A stretch of DNA of 64,000 bases from an uncultured Gemmatimonadales bacterium (GCA_963812755.1 CAWEWK010000005.1:343075-407074), one strand, 5' to 3'. Shown: positions 1 through 9,559, counted from the first letter of the stretch. Notes: generated by a model not told the origin, from the letters alone. Made by a program: numbers and translations.

Positions 1-1
1 C

Positions 2-181
2 CACTTTCCCCATCAGCGACACATCAAGGCCCTGGGTCCCCAAGCCTGCGCCACCTGCCACGGGGACGTCGAGCGCATGCCTCAGGTCTTCAAGGTCAAC
101 AACGTAAACAACATGGGCTTCTGCGTTACCTGCCATATGGAGCGGAAGGTCTCGCGGGATTGCTCGGTGTGCCATTACTGA
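2..181 (+). CDS. actA: C-terminal end of multihaem cytochrome c, ActA-like subunit of alternative complex III (5'-partial)
   Basis: Frame 2 reads ...CATCHGD...CVTCHM...CSVCHY*, giving three CxxCH haem motifs. Stop at 179-181. Lies directly upstream of actB-F. Confidence 0.75.
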   Translation, partial: HFPHQRHIKALGPQACATCHGDVERMPQVFKVNNVNNMGFCVTCHMERKVSRDCSVCHY

Positions 182-182
182 T

Positions 183-210
183 CGGCACTCGGCACTCGGC
201 ACTCGGCACT
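183..210. repeat. Tandem heptanucleotide repeat (CGGCACT)x4
   Basis: Four perfect head-to-tail copies read directly, in the actA-actB spacer immediately after the actA stop. Confidence 0.9.
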
Positions 211-227
211 ATGCGTGAGGATCTCTG

Positions 228-3218
228 ATGTCTGAAACCATCGGTCGGCGGCGCTTCCTCACCGTGCTCGGCGCGTCCACCGGCGGCGGAGCGCTGGCGC
301 TGAGCGGGTGCTCCACCGACCGGGTACAGAAGCTGGTGCCGTACCTGGTACAGTCGGAGGACCAGGTTCCGGGGCTCGCCACCTGGTACGCCAGCACCTG
401 CACCGAGTGTTCCGCCGGGTGCGGCCTTCACGTACGGACCCGGGAAGGGCGGGCGGTGAAGCTGGAGGGGAACCCGGAGCATCCGGTCAATCAGGGCAAG
501 CTCTGCTCCCGAGGCCAGGCCGGGCTTCAGGGACTTTACAACCCCGGCCGGATCAAGGGCCCGATGCAGCGGGCCGCCGATGGCACCTTCCAGGAGATCA
601 GCTGGGATAACGCGATCGCCTTATTTGCCTCCAAGCTGACCGAAGCCGGCAATCGGGTCGCGGTGATCTCGGGCGCGGGGAAGGGCACCTTCTCGGATCT
701 GCTCGCGGAGTGGACGGCGGCAGTGGGTGGTCGTCTGGTTCGTTACGAGCCGTTCGACCACGAGCCGCTGAGGGCGGCGAATCGTCAGATCTTCGGGATC
801 GACCAACTTCCGGCCTACGATTTCAGTCGAGCCAAGTACATCGTGTCCTTCGGGGCCGATTTCCTGGAGAGCTGGCTGTCCCCGATCGAGAATCAGCGCG
901 GCTTTGCCCAGGCGCACGGGTTCGAAGGGGGCGACGTGGCCAAGTTCGTCTATGCCGGGCCACGGATGGACCTCACTGGTCTCAACGCCGACGAGTGGCT
1001 GTCGATCCGTCCCGGCTCCGAGGCAGCCTTGGCGTTGGCCATGGCCAACGTACTCCTGGGCGAACGAGGCGGTGCCGGGGCCGGGCTGGCTGGGGCCCTC
1101 GCGCCGTATACCCCGGCGATGGCCGCGCAGGAAACCGGCCTCCCGGCACAGACCATCGAGCGCATTGCCCGGGAGTTCGGTGCCGCAGCGCCCAGCCTCG
1201 CGGTTGCCGGCGGCGTGGCCGCTCAGCACGCCGCCGCCTCCGAGCTCTGCGCCGCGGTGAACGTGCTCAACTTCGTTGCCGGCAATGTGGGTGAGACGGT
1301 GCGTTTCGGGGCCGAGCTTCCCGCCGGCGACGGCTTTGCGGCCCTGGCGCAGCTGGGTCAGGCAATGGGTTCCGGGGAAGTCGGGCTGGTGCTGATTCAC
1401 GACGCCAATCCGGCGTACGCGGTGCCCAAAGCGGCGGGGTTCGCCGAGCAGCTGGGAAAGGTGGGGTTCAAGGTCTCGACGTCGCTCTATCTGGACGAAA
1501 CCAGCGCCCTCTGCGACCTCCTCCTGCCCCAACACCACGCGCTGGAGCGGTGGGACGATCTTCGCCCGCGGGCCGGGGTGTTCAGCCTGATGCAGCCGGT
1601 GATGGAGCCGGTATTCAACACCATGCCGGCCGGTGACGTCCTGCTCAAGGTGGCGCAGAAGACCGGCGGACCGCTGGCCCGTTTCAACGCGCCCTCCTAC
1701 CAGGCGCATCTCAAGTCCCGCTGGCAGGCGCTCGCGGGCGAGCAGGGTCAGGGCAGCTTCGACGCCTTCTGGCGGTCGGCGCTTCAGCGGGGCGGCGTAT
1801 TTCGGGATGCGCCGGCTCCACCGACGGTGTCACTCTCCCTCAGCGAGGCCCGGGTCTCATACACCAAGCCGGCATTCGAGGGTGACGGCGAATTCGTGCT
1901 CCTGGCATATCCTCACGCGATGCTGCACGACGGTCGCGGTGCCAACAAGCCATGGCTGCTGGAGAACGCCGACCCCGTCACCAAGATCGCCTGGCAATCC
2001 TGGATCGAGGTAAGCTCGGGAACGGCTCGCCGGCTCGACATCCGCAACGGGGAGATTCTCCGGATCACCACGGCCCGGGGTAGCCTCGAGGCGCCGGCCT
2101 TCGTCTATCCCGGCCTGCGCGACGACGTCGTCGCGGTTCCTCTCGGCCTGGGCCACACGGCGTACGGGGCCTTTGCCAAGGGTAGGGGGATCAACGCCCT
2201 CGATCTGCTGGGTGCGCCCAAGGGCGATTTCGTTCCCTATCTCTCGACCCGAGTGAGACTGGAAAAGACCGGCGGCTACCGGAAGCTCGCGTCGGTTGCC
2301 GGGGTGCCCCGCCAGCTCGGCCGAGGGATCGCCGAGGCGATTCCGCTGGCTGCTGCGCAAAAGGGGCTCACCGTCGAGCAGGCGTACCTCGAAGAGGGTC
2401 ACGGCAAGCACGAAGTCAATCCCGAGCGGGAGCTGGAGGCGCTCAAGGGATGGTCCGAGACTCAACACCGGGCCACCCAGCACGGCGACTACGCGAACGA
2501 GCATCCTCAGTGGGGGATGACGATCGACCTGGCGAAGTGTACCGGCTGCCAGGCGTGCGTCACCGCCTGCTACGCGGAGAACAACATCCCCACCGTGGGC
2601 GAGGAAGAGATCCTCCGCGGCCGGGAGCTCACCTGGATGCGGATCGAGCGCTATTGGGAGGGCGGGGAAGAGCCGGGTGAGCCGGTATCGGCGCGCTTCA
2701 TTCCGATGCTCTGCCAGCATTGCGCCAACGCGCCGTGCGAGCCGGTCTGCCCGGTGTACGCCGCGTACCACACCGCCGACGGGCTCAACGGGCAGGTCTA
2801 CAACCGCTGCGTGGGCACCCGCTACTGCGCCAATAACTGTCCCTACAAGGTCCGCTACTTCAACTGGTACAAGTACAACGAGATGGCGTGGCCGGAGCCG
2901 TTACACCTCCAGCTCAACCCCGATGTGACGGTTCGGGCTCGGGGTGTCATGGAGAAGTGCACCTTCTGCATCCAGCGCATCCGGGGAGCCCAAAACCAGG
3001 CCCGGCTGGAAGACCGGCAACTGCAGGATGGCGAATTCACCACTGCCTGCGCCCAGGCCTGTCCCTCTGACGCGATCGTCTTCGGCAATGTGCGCAACCC
3101 GGACAGTCAGGTGGCCCGCCGGAAACAGGACCCCCGGGGGTATCGGGTGCTGGAGGAGATCAACGTCAGGCCGGCGGTCACCTATCTGGCCAAAGTCATG
3201 CATTCGGCGGAGGCCTAA
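228..3218 (+). CDS. actB: Alternative complex III subunit ActB (molybdopterin-oxidoreductase-like domain fused to a 4Fe-4S ferredoxin domain)
   Basis: 996-aa ORF. Twin-arginine signal GRRRFLTVLGAS. N-terminal Cys cluster CTECSAGC. C-terminal CxxCxxCxxxCP ferredoxin motifs (CTGCQACVTAC, CQHCANAPCEPVCP, CVGTRYCANNCP). Confidence 0.92.
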   Translation: MSETIGRRRFLTVLGASTGGGALALSGCSTDRVQKLVPYLVQSEDQVPGLATWYASTCTECSAGCGLHVRTREGRAVKLEGNPEHPVNQGKLCSRGQAGLQGLYNPGRIKGPMQRAADGTFQEISWDNAIALFASKLTEAGNRVAVISGAGKGTFSDLLAEWTAAVGGRLVRYEPFDHEPLRAANRQIFGIDQLPAYDFSRAKYIVSFGADFLESWLSPIENQRGFAQAHGFEGGDVAKFVYAGPRMDLTGLNADEWLSIRPGSEAALALAMANVLLGERGGAGAGLAGALAPYTPAMAAQETGLPAQTIERIAREFGAAAPSLAVAGGVAAQHAAASELCAAVNVLNFVAGNVGETVRFGAELPAGDGFAALAQLGQAMGSGEVGLVLIHDANPAYAVPKAAGFAEQLGKVGFKVSTSLYLDETSALCDLLLPQHHALERWDDLRPRAGVFSLMQPVMEPVFNTMPAGDVLLKVAQKTGGPLARFNAPSYQAHLKSRWQALAGEQGQGSFDAFWRSALQRGGVFRDAPAPPTVSLSLSEARVSYTKPAFEGDGEFVLLAYPHAMLHDGRGANKPWLLENADPVTKIAWQSWIEVSSGTARRLDIRNGEILRITTARGSLEAPAFVYPGLRDDVVAVPLGLGHTAYGAFAKGRGINALDLLGAPKGDFVPYLSTRVRLEKTGGYRKLASVAGVPRQLGRGIAEAIPLAAAQKGLTVEQAYLEEGHGKHEVNPERELEALKGWSETQHRATQHGDYANEHPQWGMTIDLAKCTGCQACVTACYAENNIPTVGEEEILRGRELTWMRIERYWEGGEEPGEPVSARFIPMLCQHCANAPCEPVCPVYAAYHTADGLNGQVYNRCVGTRYCANNCPYKVRYFNWYKYNEMAWPEPLHLQLNPDVTVRARGVMEKCTFCIQRIRGAQNQARLEDRQLQDGEFTTACAQACPSDAIVFGNVRNPDSQVARRKQDPRGYRVLEEINVRPAVTYLAKVMHSAEA

Positions 3219-3221
3219 CCG

Positions 3222-4592
3222 ATGGCTGCTGTCGCTCCCCCCCATCCGGTCGGCCACGACGGCCACGTAATTACCCAGAGCCACGCCGACGTCACCCGCG
3301 ACGTCGTCGCGACCCTGGAGCCTGCCAGCCGGGGGTACGTCCTTCTGCTGTTGGGCGCGGTGTCGCTGTTTCTGATCGGGCTGCTGACTTTCCTGATGCT
3401 CATCAAGGACGGCCTGGGGCACGCCGGGTACCAGCCGCCGATCTTCTGGAGCGTCTACATCACCACCTTCGTGTTCTGGATCGGTATCGGGCACGCGGGC
3501 ACGCTCATCTCGGCGATCCTCTTCTTGTTCCGGTCACCCTGGCGGACGGCGGTGTACCGCTCCACCGAGGCGATGACCGTGTTCGCGGTGATGACGGCCG
3601 GCCTCTTCCCGATCATTCACATCGGCCGGCAGTGGATCTTCTACTGGCTGCTGCCGTACCCGAATCAGCGGTTCCTCTGGCCCAACTTCAAATCACCGCT
3701 GATCTGGGACGTCTTTGCCATCTCGACCTATCTGACGGTCTCGACCACCTTCCTGGTGTTCGGACTGATCCCGGACCTTTCCGCCGTGAGGGACAAGGCC
3801 ACCGGCTGGCGCAAGAAGGTCTACACGATCGCCGCGGTGGGCTGGCAAGGCACCGACAACCAGTGGCGGCACTATTCCCGGGCGTATCTCTATTTGGCCG
3901 CGCTGGCGACGCCGCTGGTGCTCTCGGTTCACTCGGTGGTGTCCTGGGACTTCGCATCCTCCCTGGTTCCGGGGTGGCACGGCACCATCTTCGCTCCGTA
4001 TTTCGTGGCGGGGGCCATCTACTCCGGCATCGGCATGGTGCTCACCCTGCTGATACCTCTGCGCCGGGCACTCCGGATCGAGCACATGCTCACCCCGGAG
4101 TACCACTTCGACAATCTCGCCAAGCTCACCCTGCTCACCGGCTCGATCCTGTTCTACGCCTACGGGATGGAGTACTTCGTCGCCTGGTACAGCGGCAACA
4201 CCTTCGAGCAGACCACGTTCTATCGCAGGGCCTTCGGTTGGTACTGGTGGGCCGGGTGGACGATGATCATCTGTAACGCCTTCGTCTCTCAGCTGCTCTG
4301 GTTTCGGAAGATCCGGACCAATCTGACCGCGCTCTTCGTGATCTCGATCTTCATCAACATCGGGATGTGGTTCGAGCGCTTCGTGATCATCGTGTCGTCG
4401 CTGAGTAACGACTACATCCCCTGGGCCTGGGACCAGCTCAATCCGACCTGGGCCGACTGGGGAATCCTGGCCGGCTCCTTCGGCTGGTTCGGCATGTGGT
4501 TCCTCCTCTTCGCGAAGAACCTGCCGATCGTCGCGATCCAGGAGATCAAGGAAATGATCCCGATGCCCCGGAAGCGGGGAGGGCACCACTGA
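3222..4592 (+). CDS. actC: Alternative complex III subunit ActC (NrfD/PsrC-like polytopic membrane quinol-binding subunit)
   Basis: 456-aa highly hydrophobic ORF, 3 nt after the actB stop. NrfD-like sequence character. Its stop overlaps the actD ATG (ATGA). Confidence 0.9.
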   Translation: MAAVAPPHPVGHDGHVITQSHADVTRDVVATLEPASRGYVLLLLGAVSLFLIGLLTFLMLIKDGLGHAGYQPPIFWSVYITTFVFWIGIGHAGTLISAILFLFRSPWRTAVYRSTEAMTVFAVMTAGLFPIIHIGRQWIFYWLLPYPNQRFLWPNFKSPLIWDVFAISTYLTVSTTFLVFGLIPDLSAVRDKATGWRKKVYTIAAVGWQGTDNQWRHYSRAYLYLAALATPLVLSVHSVVSWDFASSLVPGWHGTIFAPYFVAGAIYSGIGMVLTLLIPLRRALRIEHMLTPEYHFDNLAKLTLLTGSILFYAYGMEYFVAWYSGNTFEQTTFYRRAFGWYWWAGWTMIICNAFVSQLLWFRKIRTNLTALFVISIFINIGMWFERFVIIVSSLSNDYIPWAWDQLNPTWADWGILAGSFGWFGMWFLLFAKNLPIVAIQEIKEMIPMPRKRGGHH

Positions 4593-5117
4593 TGGCGCTC
4601 CTCAAACGCTCCCGAGTGCCTGGTGTGCTGGCCTCCTTCGTTCACGTGGATGCGGCGGCCGACGCGATTCGGGCCCTCCGGGCAAAGGGCATTCGCGAAC
4701 CTGGTAGTGTACACCGCGGCCCCCAATCACGAGATCGAGGAGGCGCTCAATCACCGGGTGAGCCCGGTGCGGCTCTTCACCTTGATCGGGGGGCTCACCG
4801 GATGCGCCGCCGGTTTCGGCATGACGCTCTGGATGTCGCACGACTGGCCGCTCGTGGTCGGTGGGAAACCCATCGGATCGATCCCTCCGTATGTCGTCAT
4901 CGCGTTCGAGCTGACCATTCTCATGGGTGCGCTGAGCACGGTGGCCGCGGTGGCGCTCTTCACGATTCTGATGGGCAAGCGGGGAATCGCCTACGACCCC
5001 CAGTTCAGCGACGACAAGATCGGAGTGTTCGTGAAGGCGGGCGCCGACCAGCTGCAATCGATCGAAGAGCTGTTGCGTTCCGCGGGGGCGGTGGAGGTAC
5101 GTCATGAAGCGGCGTAG
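4592..5117 (+). CDS. actD: Alternative complex III subunit ActD (DUF3341-like), interrupted by a +1 frame break near 4697-4701
   Basis: ATG at 4592 gives MALLKRSRVPGVLASFVHVDAAADAIRALRAKGIRE in frame 2. The family-typical continuation LVVYTAAPNHEIEEAL...TM helices is in frame 0 (the track ORF 4623..5117). The junction reads gaa-c-ctg. Confidence 0.75.
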
Positions 5118-5799
5118 CCTCCACCTTGTCCTGGTGGCAGCCGGGACGCTGAGCCTGGGCGGGTGCGACTTCTGGTACAACCGGGTGCCGTCGCCCGACG
5201 ACCTCTGGTACGTGCTTCCGTTTCTGGATCACATGAAGACGGCGCGCTACATCCGCCCCTATCAGACGGCCGGGGTGCCGCGCACAACCCCGGAAGGGGC
5301 AGTACCGGTGAGCGGTGGTGAGGCGGACTGGTCGGGCGAATGGACCACGGGAAAGACTACCACCGCTGATACCCTTCGAAATCCATTCGCTCAGGGCGGG
5401 AGCGGTGAGGCCGCATCGCCGGGGCCCGACGTGGCCCTGATCACTCGCACGGTCGAGGCCGCGGGCGACACGCTGTATCAGAATTTCTGCGCCGTGTGCC
5501 ACGGCTCGGCGGGCGATGCCAAGGGCCCGGTTTCCAGCCGAATGGGAGCGCCTTCGCTCCTGACCGGCCGGGCGCGGGGATACAGCGACGGCTACGTCTA
5601 CAGCATCATCCGTTACGGCCGAGGCGTCATGCCCCGGTACGGCGACAAGGTGTACCTGCCGGAGGAGCGCTGGGCGATCGTGAACCACATCCGCAAGCTG
5701 CAGGCCCAGTCGCCGGCTCCCCAGGAACCGCCCGGCGCCTCCGCCCCCATCGCGCCGGCGCCAAGCGCCACCGGCTCCACCGGAGTGACACCTCGATGA
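5104..5799 (+). CDS. actE: Alternative complex III subunit ActE (monohaem cytochrome c lipoprotein)
   Basis: Lipobox LSLGGC. Single CAVCHG haem motif. Position between actD and actF. Stop overlaps the actF ATG. Confidence 0.88.
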   Translation: MKRRSLHLVLVAAGTLSLGGCDFWYNRVPSPDDLWYVLPFLDHMKTARYIRPYQTAGVPRTTPEGAVPVSGGEADWSGEWTTGKTTTADTLRNPFAQGGSGEAASPGPDVALITRTVEAAGDTLYQNFCAVCHGSAGDAKGPVSSRMGAPSLLTGRARGYSDGYVYSIIRYGRGVMPRYGDKVYLPEERWAIVNHIRKLQAQSPAPQEPPGASAPIAPAPSATGSTGVTPR

Positions 5800-7161
5800 G
5801 TCCTACGACCATCCATCGAAGGCTGGTGGAGCGCTCCCTGGCCGGGCGGTACGATCTGTTTCTCGGGGTCGGCGGAGGGCTGGCGCTGCTGGGACTGATT
5901 CTCTTCGTCGGTGCGCTCTCGGGCAACGCCGCCGATCGCGCCTGGCAGTTGTTCCACGTCAACTGGCTGTATTTCACCGGCCTCGCCGCCGGGAGCGTCG
6001 CTTTTGCCGCAGTGCAGAAGATCACCAACGCGAAGTGGTCCGGAATGGTGATCCGGTTTGCCGAGGCTTCGGTGGCCTTTCTGCCGGTGTCGCTGGTGGC
6101 CCTGGTGTTGACCTTTACCCTGGGGTACCAGGCGGTCTACGGGCCGATGCAGACGGCGATGCACGAGCTGGGGCATGATAAGGCGGTCTGGCTCTCCCAG
6201 GGATTCATGTTCGCCCGGTTGGGGATCGGGCTGGCTCTGCTTGACGCTGGTAGGGTGGCGGCTGGTGCGGGCCGACATGGTTCCGGACATGTTTGCCGTC
6301 CGTGGGGTCGCCGGCGGCGCTCGCACCTCCCGCTTCGACCGCTGGACCCGTCACTACGACGGCGAACCGGCAACCGCCGCGGCGCAGGAGGCGTACATCC
6401 ACCGGATGGCGCCGACGTATGTGGTGCTGTACGTCATCGTTCTCACCATGGTGGCCTTCGACGGAATCATGGCCCTCCAGCCGCATTGGTTCTCCAATCT
6501 CCTGGGCGGCTTCTTCTTCATGGGGTCGTTCCTCGGCGGCCACATGCTGCTCGCGCTCCTCATGCTCTACGGTTCGTCCCACCTTGGCGTGGCCGACCTG
6601 GTCTCACCCAAACAGCGGCACGATCTGGGGAAGCTGTGTTTCGGCTTCACCGTATTCTGGACCTACCTGATGTGGGCTCAGTTCCTGGTGATTTGGTACG
6701 GCAATCTTCCGGAGGAGACCGGCTTCGTCTTTGCGCGGCTGTGGGGGCACTGGCTTCCGGTGGCGCGGGCCGTGCTCATTGGGATGTTCATCGTTCCCTT
6801 CTTCGGGCTACTGGGCGTGGCTCCGAAGAAGGTCCGGGTCACCCTGGCCTTCTTCGCAACCGTGAGTCTGGTCTCCTTGTGGTTGGAGCGGTATCTGCTG
6901 GTGATGCCTTCGGTGAGCGCCCTGCCCGGTCCCCGCTTTGGGCTTCCTGAGATCGGTCCGACGCTCTTGCTCGCCGGCCTCTACCTGCTGTCCTACGCGC
7001 TCTTCGCCCGGACCTTCCCCATGATCTCGCCGCGCTTGGCGGAGATCACCCTCGACCGCGAGCGCGGCCACGCCGTCGGTGCCGGCGAGTTCGAGCACGA
7101 GGAGGGCCCGGCCGACTACGTGCCCCCGGAGCTGATCGAGCGGAGGGAGAAGCCGAGGTAG
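5796..7161 (+). CDS. actF: Alternative complex III subunit ActF (second NrfD-like membrane subunit), interrupted by a +1 frame break near 6240
   Basis: ATG 5796 (ATGA overlap with actE) opens a hydrophobic N-terminus to ...FARLGIGLALL in frame 0. The membrane protein continues TLVGWRLVRADM... to 7161 in frame 1 (track ORF 6175..7161). Confidence 0.75.
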
Positions 7162-7280
7162 GCTATTGGCTATCGGCTATCGGCTATCAGTTACTCCATA
7201 TAAACGACCCTCCGATGATAGCCCTCGGAGGGTCGTTTTGCTGCGGAGTAGCTGATAGCCGATAGCCGATAGCCGATAGC
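7161..7280. repeat. Long inverted repeat built from GGCTATC heptamers, enclosing an inner terminator hairpin
   Basis: Left arm 7161-7197 (GGCTATT GGCTATC GGCTATC GGCTATC AGTTACTCC) is the reverse complement of right arm 7245-7280 with about 2 mismatches. The arms abut the actF stop and the anti-sigma stop. Confidence 0.85.
7206..7240. terminator. Bidirectional intrinsic terminator between convergent actF and the anti-sigma gene
   Basis: GACCCTCCG (7206-7214) pairs with CGGAGGGTC (7226-7234) around an 11-nt loop, followed by GTTTTG. T-rich on the other strand too. Confidence 0.75.
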
Positions 7281-8290
7281 TACTTACTTCTCATCTCCGC
7301 GTTGATCCTTCGAATCATCGCTCGCAGGCTGTCGGACGGGAGCGCGCCGGTGATGGCGAGCATGCGGTCGCCCAACTGCATCGCCATGGCCTGATCGGCT
7401 CCGGTCCCTATCAACCCGCGGAGATCATTCGACACCGCGAGGGAGTCGGATCCCGCCCGGCGGGCAAGGAGTTGGGAGACGTCGGTCGCGGGACCCTCGA
7501 TGGTCTGGATCACCTGGCCCGAGGAGAGCTGCTGCGCCACGACCATCAAGGGGCGCTTACCCTGATCGCTGGCGTGGACCTGTACATCCACCACGGGAAG
7601 GCCATCGATGTGGGGGAGTCGCTCTCCCGCCTCGGCAGTGGCCCCGTCCCACGACATGGTGCGCCACTGTCCCTTGGGCTCCGGGACTGTCTGGTCACTC
7701 TCCGGCTTTCCCGCCGCCAGGCTGGAAGGAGCAACGGGGTCGAGCACCGCCAGCGCCACGGCTCGAGCCGAATCGCGATTGGGAGCCGGTGCCGGCTTGG
7801 TCTCACGTGCCGCCACCGCGGGCGCGGAGTCGCGGCGCGGGTGAGGGGAAACCGCCCTCGGGGCGGGAACCTCGGATTCGGACACTCGGGCCAATGCAGC
7901 GGGAGCGGCCGGAGCAGCGGATTCCCGCGCCACCGTAGGAGGAGAGGAGGAGTCGGCGGAGCGGTCCCCGGTCAGGTAGCTCGCGATCCATCCCATTCCC
8001 ACAGCCCCCACCAGGCTCGCCGCCCAAGCGGCTCGGTGGATCCGGCGGCGGCGCTCCGAGGCCTGCGCGGCGGCGCGACGCCGAAGCACCTCAAAGGCCG
8101 GTGGCACGCCGCGCGGCGGGGCCAAGCGCGCGAGCAACGCGGTGGTCCGGTCGCGCAGCGCCGCGATGGTGTCGCGGGCGGACTGGCACGAGGGGCAGCC
8201 GGCGAGATGGCTCTCGATCTCGACGCACTGCGTGCGGCTCAGCCCCTGGTCCAGATAGGCGTGCAGCTCTTCTTCAGGAATGTGCCGCAT
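7280..8290 (-). CDS. Anti-sigma factor (zf-HC2 type) with a Pro/Ala-rich linker and C-terminal domain
   Basis: N-terminus MRHIPEEELHAYLDQGLS...HLAGCPSCQ (HxxxCxxC zinc-finger anti-sigma motif). Overlaps the 3' end of the ECF sigma gene. Confidence 0.8.
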   Translation of the reverse strand: MRHIPEEELHAYLDQGLSRTQCVEIESHLAGCPSCQSARDTIAALRDRTTALLARLAPPRGVPPAFEVLRRRAAAQASERRRRIHRAAWAASLVGAVGMGWIASYLTGDRSADSSSPPTVARESAAPAAPAALARVSESEVPAPRAVSPHPRRDSAPAVAARETKPAPAPNRDSARAVALAVLDPVAPSSLAAGKPESDQTVPEPKGQWRTMSWDGATAEAGERLPHIDGLPVVDVQVHASDQGKRPLMVVAQQLSSGQVIQTIEGPATDVSQLLARRAGSDSLAVSNDLRGLIGTGADQAMAMQLGDRMLAITGALPSDSLRAMIRRINAEMRSK

Positions 8291-8789
8291 GGTTCCTTGC
8301 CTGACTCTGCCGGTCGTGGGCCTCCACCAGACGCCGCCTCGCTCTTGCCAGCGTGGTGCCCACCGCGCCGACCGCCAGCCCGGTCTGGGCCGCGATCTCG
8401 GGGTAGCTCAACCCTGCGTCCCACAACAACAGGATTTCACGATCGCGAGGAGTCAACGTGTTCAACGCCTCCTGTACCGATGCCATTCGCTCGTCGTGCT
8501 CGAGTATGTCGTCCGGGGCAGCGGCCACTGCCGGCTGCGCGATCGGATCGCCTTTGAGCAAGGTGAGGTGGCGCTTCCGCCGCACCGCAGCCCGCGCCTC
8601 GTCTCTTGCCAGATTCGCCGCCACGGCGAACACCCAAGCCCGCGGCTTTTCCGGGCGATGGGCCAAGGCGCGCACGAATACTTCCTGCGCCAGGTCCTCC
8701 GCACGCTCGGCGTCCCATACCTTGCGGTACAGGAAGCGGACAACCGCTGTGTAGGTGCTCTGATAGAGCTGTTCGAGCTCGTCTGTCAC
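8274..8789 (-). CDS. ECF-family RNA polymerase sigma-70 factor
   Basis: 171 aa. Region 2 (AEDLAQEVFVRAL) and region 4 HTH (LSYPEIAAQTGLAVGAVGTTLARARRRL) are recognisable. Confidence 0.88.
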   Translation of the reverse strand: MTDELEQLYQSTYTAVVRFLYRKVWDAERAEDLAQEVFVRALAHRPEKPRAWVFAVAANLARDEARAAVRRKRHLTLLKGDPIAQPAVAAAPDDILEHDERMASVQEALNTLTPRDREILLLWDAGLSYPEIAAQTGLAVGAVGTTLARARRRLVEAHDRQSQARNHAAHS

Positions 8790-8860
8790 GAACCCTCTCG
8801 GCTAGTGCGACGGATCGCCCATGAAGACGGCCAACTGTCCTAGACTTGCACACTTGAGCG

Positions 8861-9559
8861 CTATGACGGCCGCCGCTTCTTCCGTTTTGACCTGGGCCCG
8901 AAGACGCATCCGGGGTGTAGCCCCCGCCCCTTCGGTGGCCATTCGGTACAAAGATCCGGCTTGGCCGGCCGGCCGTCGGCCCGCTGCCGGCCGTGGAGCG
9001 CACAGGCAATGCCATCGTCCGCCAGGTATCCGCAGGCGGAAATGACCTCCACGTCCAGGGAGAAGTCCCCTTCCCGCTCCACCTTACAGAGATACGGCGA
9101 GCGTCTGGACCGCACCAGTGCCTCCAGCCTGCGCTCCGACTTGGTGCACATGATCTCCAGCTGAAGATCCCGGCAACAGGCTGCACCTACTCGGTTGTCC
9201 GAGGTGCGACAGGCGGCTTCGGCACAGGGATTAGCGCCATTGATCACCGGCAGCGCGCGAGCAGGCGCGGGCGGGGGCGGGGGACCAAGGCGGCGGTGGA
9301 CGATCTCCATGCCCTCGATCAGGAAAAATCGATCCCGGCCCAACTGGCGGAGCTGCTCAAAGCGGCGAGGAGCGCGCGGTAGCGGGCGGCGGAACCCATG
9401 AGCCCGGCATCCGGCCTCTTGCCCGTCCTGGTATAGGTAGCGGCAGCCGATGTGGAGCACCGCGTCGACGTAAAGATCCCCTTCCGATTCCCACAACTCG
9501 CCGAAGGTAATCCGTTCGGTATGTCCCAGGAGCCACGTGGCTTCATGATCGAGCGACAT
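8861..9559 (-). CDS. Cys-rich hypothetical protein (possibly a YkgJ-like metal/Fe-S binding protein)
   Basis: ORF with many Cys, including a ...AACCRD... cluster. Start chosen at MSLDHE (9559), but upstream in-frame ATGs at 9622 and 9682 are possible. Confidence 0.5.
   Translation of the reverse strand: MSLDHEATWLLGHTERITFGELWESEGDLYVDAVLHIGCRYLYQDGQEAGCRAHGFRRPLPRAPRRFEQLRQLGRDRFFLIEGMEIVHRRLGPPPPPAPARALPVINGANPCAEAACRTSDNRVGAACCRDLQLEIMCTKSERRLEALVRSRRSPYLCKVEREGDFSLDVEVISACGYLADDGIACALHGRQRADGRPAKPDLCTEWPPKGRGLHPGCVFGPRSKRKKRRPS

Noticed and set aside
621-2771. Long antisense ORFs opposite actB (621..1709 and 1857..2771, minus strand). Similar ones lie opposite spt (13402..14589, plus strand) and hemB (19137..20228, minus strand).
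   Set aside because: These are typical high-GC shadow ORFs. Their sequences are Arg/Gly/Pro-rich and low-complexity with no motifs. The opposite strand carries clearly recognisable genes.
4690-6250. Programmed ribosomal frameshifting as the explanation for the actD and actF frame breaks.
   Set aside because: No slippery heptamer (X XXY YYZ) or obvious stimulatory structure at either junction. A simple 1-nt indel (error or mutation) is more parsimonious.
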